Assembly (NCBI GenBank): GCA_964019335.1
Contig: OZ025672.1
Coordinates: 248,001 to 312,000, forward strand
Source of the DNA: Diplonema japonicum
Taxonomy: Eukaryota > Protista > Euglenozoa: Diplonemea
Direction: 5' to 3'
Length of the DNA: 64,000 bases
In this document: piece by piece, positions 57,814 through 64,000 of the stretch
How positions within the stretch are numbered: position 1 is the first letter of the stretch
Layout of the letters: each line of letters starts with the position of its first letter
The notes under the pieces: model-generated
The model's input: only the letters and a program-made list of their open reading frames with translations
Told to the model about the DNA's origin: nothing
Database searches by the model: none
Made by a program: the position numbers and the translations under genes

Positions 57814-60800
57814 CTAGTATGGCTGAGTTTCAGGCTCTGCCTTGGCCTCTTCTGCCTCGATTTCAGGATGGTTCTTACTCTCCACATCTTCTTCGGGCAC
57901 CGGACGGGTGACTGCTCTGTAGAAAAGGAAGAACGAAAGCCCAATCATAAGAGCCCCAACGACCCACAATATCACACAGAGGATAGACCTGGCCTTCAAG
58001 GGGCCATGAACCCACATTTTGATAGTGTCAGCCTGATCGTCAGAGAGCTGTCCGTGCTCGTCGACGTAGAAAACAGGGAAAATGATGCCCTTGGGGTCTG
58101 TCTTGAGGGTGTCAAGAGTGGGGTACGACATTGGGAAGTAAACACCGTTCTTCGCACCGATTTCGACGTTGAGTTGGAGCCTCCTTGCGAGCCTGGTGAT
58201 CCATCCTGTCACAGGCTCCACCCACACTGCCGTCGCGTGATCGGTGTTCTCGGTGAAGGTCGGCTCCCCTAGCGGCTTCAGCCCGTCCACTTTCTGCGAG
58301 AATTCCGAGTCAAACGCGTACGAAAAATGCGGCCCCGAGTACACCACAGGGAACCCCCCGTTGACGCTCGTCATGTTGATGAACCCCTTGTTCCCGTTGA
58401 AGAAGTTCCCGTCGACGTCAAGCAGCGACTTATCCAAGTTGTACCTCACCATGTCCACTCCTTTCGTCGTTTCTGTTGCGATCCTCCTGAACCCTACAGG
58501 ACGCCACAACAAGTCCACCCAGATGGCCGCCTTCTCCGGTGTGCTCGGGATCCCTGAGTACGAGTAGTCCGGCTGCGGCACAATCCTCGCGTAGGACCTG
58601 TCGCACTTCAAAGGTTCCCTCCAGTACGGGACGTCCTTGAGGCCGTCCTCCTCGTACACGAAGTACGAGTCCCTCCAGTCTCCCTTCCCGTTGCTCTGTG
58701 TGGTCCACTCGCCCATGACATGCGGTGCCGCTTCTTCCTGTGAGTTGTAGTTGCTGAACACTCCGGGGAAGGGCTTGCCCTGCAGCAGGTTGTGCAGCGG
58801 GTCGTCGTTGCTGAACCAAATCCCCTTTGCCTCACGCTTTGTGAAGGTCCTGTGTACCCATCCGTCTTTGCCCATCGTCAGAGCAGACAGCACACCGAGA
58901 GACTGCGGACCAAGACGCCCATCGTAAATCAGTTGATGGAAGTAGCCGGTGAAATCCGGCACAAGGGCGGGGTTGGCGAAGACTGATGGGTTACGGTCAG
59001 TGCCGCCAATGCGGGCGAGGATACCAAGCAGGGCGTTAAGGTGCGCACAGGGGGAAGGCTGCGCGGCCAGGCACTCACTGGTTGCCTCGAGGGCACCCAC
59101 CAGAGTGATCAGATTTTTGGCACCTGCACCGGTTGTGCCGAATGACAGAATTGAGAAAATCTTTGCACCTTCAGCTTGCGTGATTGTGTTGTTCGACTTC
59201 GACACTGTGCTCGTGTACGCAGCGAACCCGAACACGAACGGCAGGCGCGGGACACCGAGCGCTCCGGCAACCTGTGCCTCGACATTCATGGTAGCCCAAG
59301 CAGCGCCTGCCGCGTTAAGACCGCCGAAACCAGCTGCGACTTTATCGAACAATAGCGAAGGTGCCCCCATCTGGATCTCACCCTCTCCGCTGCCTTTCAG
59401 CGAGATGGCCAGACGGCTCACTAGCAGAGTGTAAGGCATGTTCAGCACATAAAGGATCGTGTCCTCGGGGTGGGGGGAGGACTCAGGGATGAAGTCGTAG
59501 TCCCCGTAGTCGATGTAGCGGATCATCGTATCATTGACCTCTGTCACGTTCATGGCCTGCGAGTAGTACCTGTACACAAATGGACCGACAGCGTTGACAT
59601 GCGGCTTCTCGGTCCCTGCCAACACTGCATTGATGTTCGTGATGTTGAAGGCGTAGAATTCTCTGTACCGCACGCTCGCATCGTCCCTCTTCGTGTTCTC
59701 GAACTTCCTCACCTGTTCCTCATCCTTGGCGTCGAAGACGGAGCCTTTTCTGACATTTTCCTGGATGATCGCAGGAATAGCACCCCATGCCACAAGACCC
59801 AGCACAATGAACAATAGCCCAATGAAGAACAACGCGGCAGACGGCTTTGATCCTCTGATGCACATGTACACAGTGATCCCAATGCAAACCACCGCAAGAA
59901 TACTCGCTCCGACAATGCTGGGAACCCAGGCTTCGCTGTTCCTTGGGCCTTCATCAGGGTACCCCACACCGCTCAAGTACTCTAACTGAGGGCTGGGCAC
60001 TGGCGGTATCGTCTCACCCTCAGGGATGGGGATGACACAAGTGCTGTCACAGCTCACCGTAGTACAGGAGTGGATGTGGCGGTGGCTCACAGAGGAAGCG
60101 ACGTTGAAGTACCAGTCGGCGACAGCCTTCGCAGCATTCACCCCGTCCACAGTGAAGAGGGGCATCGCAGCGGGGACACCAGCACCAGCAGCTGCACTCA
60201 CTCCTGCGATGTGGCTGTAGCAGGAGGTCAGGAAGAGACCGTGCGAGGAGACACTGGGGAACTGAAGAGTGGCTGCCATCCTCTCCCCGTAGTAGTTGAT
60301 GTAATCAGTCCCCGCACTCACGTTCCCTGTCAGCCCGTTCAGGGTGAGCTGCAGGCCGTCGTAGCGGTTCTGAACAATGAACAGGCGAACGCGAGCGTCA
60401 GCGAAGGCATTCGGATCGGTGGCCATCACCGTTGCCATGCTGAGGCACGCCCCTCCGAGGGGGCCCTGAGCCGCTAACGCCCCAGCGCACCCAGCATGAA
60501 CCTTAGCCTGCCACAGAACGAGGAGGGAGAAGAAACGCGAGGGGTCGGGGTCCTGCCCTGCCGTCACGAAGCTTGCGTAGTCGCTGGGGGGCGCCCAGAA
60601 AACACTCATGTTTGTCAAGTCCAGCGAGGGGAAGATGAAGCCGTCGACAGGAACGCACGCCACACTCGACCCCGAGAACACCCCCGCTGCATAGTCGCAG
60701 TGCTGCAACACGGCGTATCCCCCAACACCCGAACCTGTGAACAAGAGGTCGTCGCCGGTCCCAAGCTCCGTCGTCGCGTTCAGCGCCTGCAGAATGAGCT

Positions 60801-61269
60801 CCATGTTCGTGGCCCCGGAGAACTTCATCCCGTGTGACACTGGTGTCGGCTTCGTGAGGCGGCCAATGTGCATGTCCCCGCTGCAGTGCGGGATCCAAAC
60901 CTTGTTCGCTTGGTGGAAGCGCTCGTTCAGAGCTTCCACATTGCTCATCACCAGCACCTCGTACGGGTTGTAGTTTGGAAGCTGCTGCTCGCTTGCCACG
61001 GTCGCAGGGAACGACTTGCTGCTCCCTGCTATCCCTCGTGTCTGGTCTCTGCAGTCCTCACCCTTCGCTGCAGGGAACCCGCACGGCTCCCCACCGCCTG
61101 CTCCCACCACCCACATCGAGGACGCAGCAGATCCAGCTGACTTGTAGTACCCTGCGGTGCTGCCGTCCAGGCAGCTTGTCCCGGCAACAGGCACCCATGT
61201 GAACTGAGCAGTGGACACGGTACATAATGAACTCATCAACAGCAACCAGCTCATATCAGAGGACCTCAT
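57814..61269 (-). CDS. Notum/PAE-like + CD36 receptor, paralog B
   Basis: Same architecture as paralog A; ATG at 61269 (MRSSDMSWLLL). Confidence 0.92.
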   Translation of the reverse strand: MRSSDMSWLLLMSSLCTVSTAQFTWVPVAGTSCLDGSTAGYYKSAGSAASSMWVVGAGGGEPCGFPAAKGEDCRDQTRGIAGSSKSFPATVASEQQLPNYNPYEVLVMSNVEALNERFHQANKVWIPHCSGDMHIGRLTKPTPVSHGMKFSGATNMELILQALNATTELGTGDDLLFTGSGVGGYAVLQHCDYAAGVFSGSSVACVPVDGFIFPSLDLTNMSVFWAPPSDYASFVTAGQDPDPSRFFSLLVLWQAKVHAGCAGALAAQGPLGGACLSMATVMATDPNAFADARVRLFIVQNRYDGLQLTLNGLTGNVSAGTDYINYYGERMAATLQFPSVSSHGLFLTSCYSHIAGVSAAAGAGVPAAMPLFTVDGVNAAKAVADWYFNVASSVSHRHIHSCTTVSCDSTCVIPIPEGETIPPVPSPQLEYLSGVGYPDEGPRNSEAWVPSIVGASILAVVCIGITVYMCIRGSKPSAALFFIGLLFIVLGLVAWGAIPAIIQENVRKGSVFDAKDEEQVRKFENTKRDDASVRYREFYAFNITNINAVLAGTEKPHVNAVGPFVYRYYSQAMNVTEVNDTMIRYIDYGDYDFIPESSPHPEDTILYVLNMPYTLLVSRLAISLKGSGEGEIQMGAPSLLFDKVAAGFGGLNAAGAAWATMNVEAQVAGALGVPRLPFVFGFAAYTSTVSKSNNTITQAEGAKIFSILSFGTTGAGAKNLITLVGALEATSECLAAQPSPCAHLNALLGILARIGGTDRNPSVFANPALVPDFTGYFHQLIYDGRLGPQSLGVLSALTMGKDGWVHRTFTKREAKGIWFSNDDPLHNLLQGKPFPGVFSNYNSQEEAAPHVMGEWTTQSNGKGDWRDSYFVYEEDGLKDVPYWREPLKCDRSYARIVPQPDYSYSGIPSTPEKAAIWVDLLWRPVGFRRIATETTKGVDMVRYNLDKSLLDVDGNFFNGNKGFINMTSVNGGFPVVYSGPHFSYAFDSEFSQKVDGLKPLGEPTFTENTDHATAVWVEPVTGWITRLARRLQLNVEIGAKNGVYFPMSYPTLDTLKTDPKGIIFPVFYVDEHGQLSDDQADTIKMWVHGPLKARSILCVILWVVGALMIGLSFFLFYRAVTRPVPEEDVESKNHPEIEAEEAKAEPETQPY

Positions 61270-61408
61270 TAGTTTTTGTTTTGTTTTGTTGGAACTGCGG
61301 AAATCTGATTGTCGTTTGTAAACCACAAAAAAGAAAGAAAGAAAAACGTAAGAGTAAACCAGCAGCCGGATCAACATCTGGCCTCACACCCACAGGGCTG
61401 ATACGAAG

Positions 61409-62998
61409 TCACGAGTTCAAGAAAGACGGAACGGGACACTCCGGCTGTTTGAGGAGGATCCCAGAGACAGTATCATCGTCCCATTCGCGTGTCGCAGGGA
61501 TATGAGTACGGGGCCACTGCCTGCGGGAGAGAGAATTGCCATCGAGGGTGAGGTCTGTGGGAGGGAGGATGAGAGTGCAGGTGGAGGTTGCATAAGAGTA
61601 GGTGAAGGCGGCACAGTTGAAATGGGAAAAGCAACTCCTCGCACAGCTTTCAGGGGAGTCCCTCCCGGCTGGTTCCTTTAGAGAAGAAGAACCAAGACTT
61701 GCCGAAGCCGTGTACTTGAAGTTGCTTTCCATATAAGCAACACCACTACGGCCGTCAGCTTCAAAGTCATAAAAGGCAATGTTTGTAGAGACGGCAAGGC
61801 CGAGGGACATATAGCGCTCACGCAAGGCGCGGACGAAGCGAAGGACCGAGTAAGAGACGATCCCAGACATGTCGATGATATCGATGTCAGTTCTGAACCC
61901 CCTTGCGTCTTGCATCTGCCGCCTAGCTTTTCTGTTATAGTACTGAAGACTCTTCGTGCCGTAGTGGTTGTAGCCGATCCCGGCTGAGCAACAGTTGGAA
62001 GAGTATTTCACAGGGTCGCGTGCTCCGCCACCTCGTCGCAGCCACCAGTCGCACTGCTCAGCATCGGTGTCCCACCGTGTCTCCACACAGCGTTCCGACT
62101 TCCAGTTCGACGTCACTCCTTCCGACTGCGGCCACAGATCGTTCGTCTCCTTCCACTCTGTGGTGTTCACAGGCCAGTGAACCCACCCGATGTGCTCCTC
62201 CTTCGCGCAGTGCTTTGTGTTGTACATGATTTTCATATGACGGCATTCAAGGCAATAATTGAAGGTGGAACGTTTGCAAAGAGAGTTTATACGGTGGTTG
62301 GAGTACTTTCCTGCGGTGAGATGCGCGCAGGCCCCGCCGGAGGACAAGAAGTTCTCGGTCATCAAGCCTGCTGGGTGGTAGTTGAAGTCGTTGGTGCCGA
62401 ACCGCTCCCAGCGCATGGTGACGTGGGATTGAAAAGGGTTGCAAGTTGTGCGGACGTACTCGGAGAGGCTACATCCGTTATGTGGGAAGATGAACTCATC
62501 TGTGTCGGCAAAAATGAGCCAATCGACTTTGTTCGCGACGTGCCTTGCGCAGAACTTCGGTGCTATGCAGTTGTGCTTCCAATTCTTAACAGACCTGTCC
62601 ATTGCACAGCCCGCATCGTGATCGGGGACCTTTTCTTCGATTATCGTTAAAAAACCCATCTCGCTGTAATACCGTAGAATAGCACCGGTACCGTCCCTTG
62701 TCTCGTCGGTGTTGTCATTTACAAGCCATAGGTGGTCGATTCCTGCTATGATCTGAAGTTCGATCCACTCGCGGAGCCAAGCACCGCTGCCTCTTGTCTG
62801 ACCGCAAACACCAACGTGCCATTCCCCTTCTTGTTTAAACCCTGTTTTTTTGCTTTTCGTTGCTGCTGGTGGTATATTGCTTGGTAGTGAACTAAGCTCT
62901 TCTTGTTCCACCGTTTTATTCTCCGCGAAGCTCATCATCAAGCAGATGCCCATTACACTGCACACCACCACTATAAGTCCGAACTTATTTTGACGCAT
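61409..62998 (-). CDS. Type II membrane GT92/DUF23-like glycosyltransferase with a C-terminal PAN/Apple domain
   Basis: N-terminal TM; WLREWI...GIDH..L.ND, DWLIFADTDEF (DxD), W..FG, NHY.TKS; PAN-like SPESCARSC....CAAFTY....TCTL. Confidence 0.85.
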   Translation of the reverse strand: MRQNKFGLIVVVCSVMGICLMMSFAENKTVEQEELSSLPSNIPPAATKSKKTGFKQEGEWHVGVCGQTRGSGAWLREWIELQIIAGIDHLWLVNDNTDETRDGTGAILRYYSEMGFLTIIEEKVPDHDAGCAMDRSVKNWKHNCIAPKFCARHVANKVDWLIFADTDEFIFPHNGCSLSEYVRTTCNPFQSHVTMRWERFGTNDFNYHPAGLMTENFLSSGGACAHLTAGKYSNHRINSLCKRSTFNYCLECRHMKIMYNTKHCAKEEHIGWVHWPVNTTEWKETNDLWPQSEGVTSNWKSERCVETRWDTDAEQCDWWLRRGGGARDPVKYSSNCCSAGIGYNHYGTKSLQYYNRKARRQMQDARGFRTDIDIIDMSGIVSYSVLRFVRALRERYMSLGLAVSTNIAFYDFEADGRSGVAYMESNFKYTASASLGSSSLKEPAGRDSPESCARSCFSHFNCAAFTYSYATSTCTLILPPTDLTLDGNSLSRRQWPRTHIPATREWDDDTVSGILLKQPECPVPSFLNS

Positions 62999-63730
62999 TT
63001 TGTTGTACAAATAAGGGGGAAAGAAGCCAAACGTTGGTGGAATCCCACTTAGGCCTCTGAAAAAAAATAGAAAAGAAAAAAAAGGAAGTAAAAAAAAAAA
63101 AAACCCCACCGAGTTGTTGTTTTTGACGCTCCCCTCCCCTTCCTGCTTTGGTTTTAAAAAAAAAAGGGAAAATTTGAGAGGGGGGGAAAAAGGAGGAGTG
63201 AATAAAAGACGTGAGAACTGAAACTTCTTCCCGATCCCCCCCTAAAAGGGGGGAATATAAAAAAAGAAAAGAAAGGTTTCGGTAAAATACTGGAGGATTA
63301 AAAAAAAAAAATAAGATTATCGATTGTTATACCTGTTCTTTCGGCCATCTACAAGAAAAATACAACAGGCTGCGGCCAACAGCATGGCACCATCCACGCT
63401 CTAATAATACAACCGCCTTTTCTTGTTTTTTTTTTTTTACAAGCACGAGATGTAGAGGACGTGAAAGGTAATACAGATTAATACACATCAGTCACACGAT
63501 AGACAGCTCAGGTCAGATATGAACAATCAGAGAGAAAAGAAAAGCCTTTTGATTGAGGAGAAAGAAAAAGGGGGTGAGGGGAGACGGAAAATTCGTTCGA
63601 TATTCTTTTTTTTCCTTTTTTTTTTTTCATTTTAATACGTTGGACGCCCTTCCTGCCATGCGGTGCTGCTCACCTAGGTAGGGTGAAACGGCAATCACGA
63701 GACAGGCGGGGGCGTAGAATGACAACATGC

Positions 63731-64000
63731 TTACTGCTTGTTGTCGTGGACCCATTTGAAGAGGTTAAGCTCCTTCTTGGTGAGGAGGCCGTCCTCCCAC
63801 TGGAGGCCGTCGGCGTTCCTGTTGAAGTAGTTGAGGAGGTCGTTCATCTTCTTGGACCAGGCGACCTCGCCGTGGGTGGCACGGTACTCCCTGATCTGCT
63901 GGTCAATGGGGACGTCGGACTCCTCGAAGCCGAGCATCTTGGTGAAGTGGTCGTGGGTCCTGCAGAGGGGCGGGGTGCACGCTGCGGGAGTCTCCTTCGG
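63731..64000 (-). CDS. C-terminal end of a gene entering from the right edge; possible degenerate EF-hand
   Basis: GC3-rich frame open to the window edge, ending ...FNRNADGLQWEDGLLTKKELNLFKWVHDNKQ*. Confidence 0.7.
   Translation of the reverse strand, partial: PKETPAACTPPLCRTHDHFTKMLGFEESDVPIDQQIREYRATHGEVAWSKKMNDLLNYFNRNADGLQWEDGLLTKKELNLFKWVHDNKQ

Noticed and set aside
7088-61269. A pre-metazoan 'Wnt-like' system (Wntless-like plus Notum-like genes in one window)
   Set aside because: The genes are ~40 kb apart, no Wnt, Porcupine or Frizzled is seen, both families are widespread, and neighbours in polycistronic clusters are usually functionally unrelated.
1-64000. tRNA, rRNA, SL RNA genes, CRISPR arrays, non-canonical (non GT-AG) introns
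   Set aside because: None recognisable by eye; every intron I could reconstruct is GT-AG. tRNAscan-SE and Infernal would be needed to exclude RNA genes.

Overview
Eukaryotic nuclear DNA, most likely a euglenozoan and probably a diplonemid (inference, not a database call). All ~21 supportable protein genes lie on the minus strand, as in a polycistronic cluster, yet several carry tiny GT-AG cis-introns (41-75 nt, possibly one of 117 nt). Non-coding DNA is saturated with long A/T and G/C homopolymers, and most short ORFs in the ORF track are artefacts of these runs or antisense shadows of real genes. Manual splicing reveals genes the track splits. The most notable are: (1) an SPX (inositol-pyrophosphate sensor) domain spliced in frame to an ERK7/8 (MAPK15)-like kinase whose activation loop reads PDY instead of TxY; (2) two paralogous receptors that fuse a Notum/pectin-acetylesterase domain lacking the nucleophile Ser to a CD36/SR-B domain, where only the esterase module is near-identical between copies; (3) a TMEM181/Wntless-like multi-pass protein fused to an SH3b-like domain and a class-3 lipase; (4) an ABM-like domain fused to cysteine dioxygenase. 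Also present: three tandem SDRs, RING, MYND, cNMP-binding, PFK-2, DSP-like, TruD-like, PPR and GT92-PAN genes, two MITE families, LINE remnants, a captured exon fragment and a 200-N assembly gap. Family assignments come from motif recognition by eye; no searches were run.
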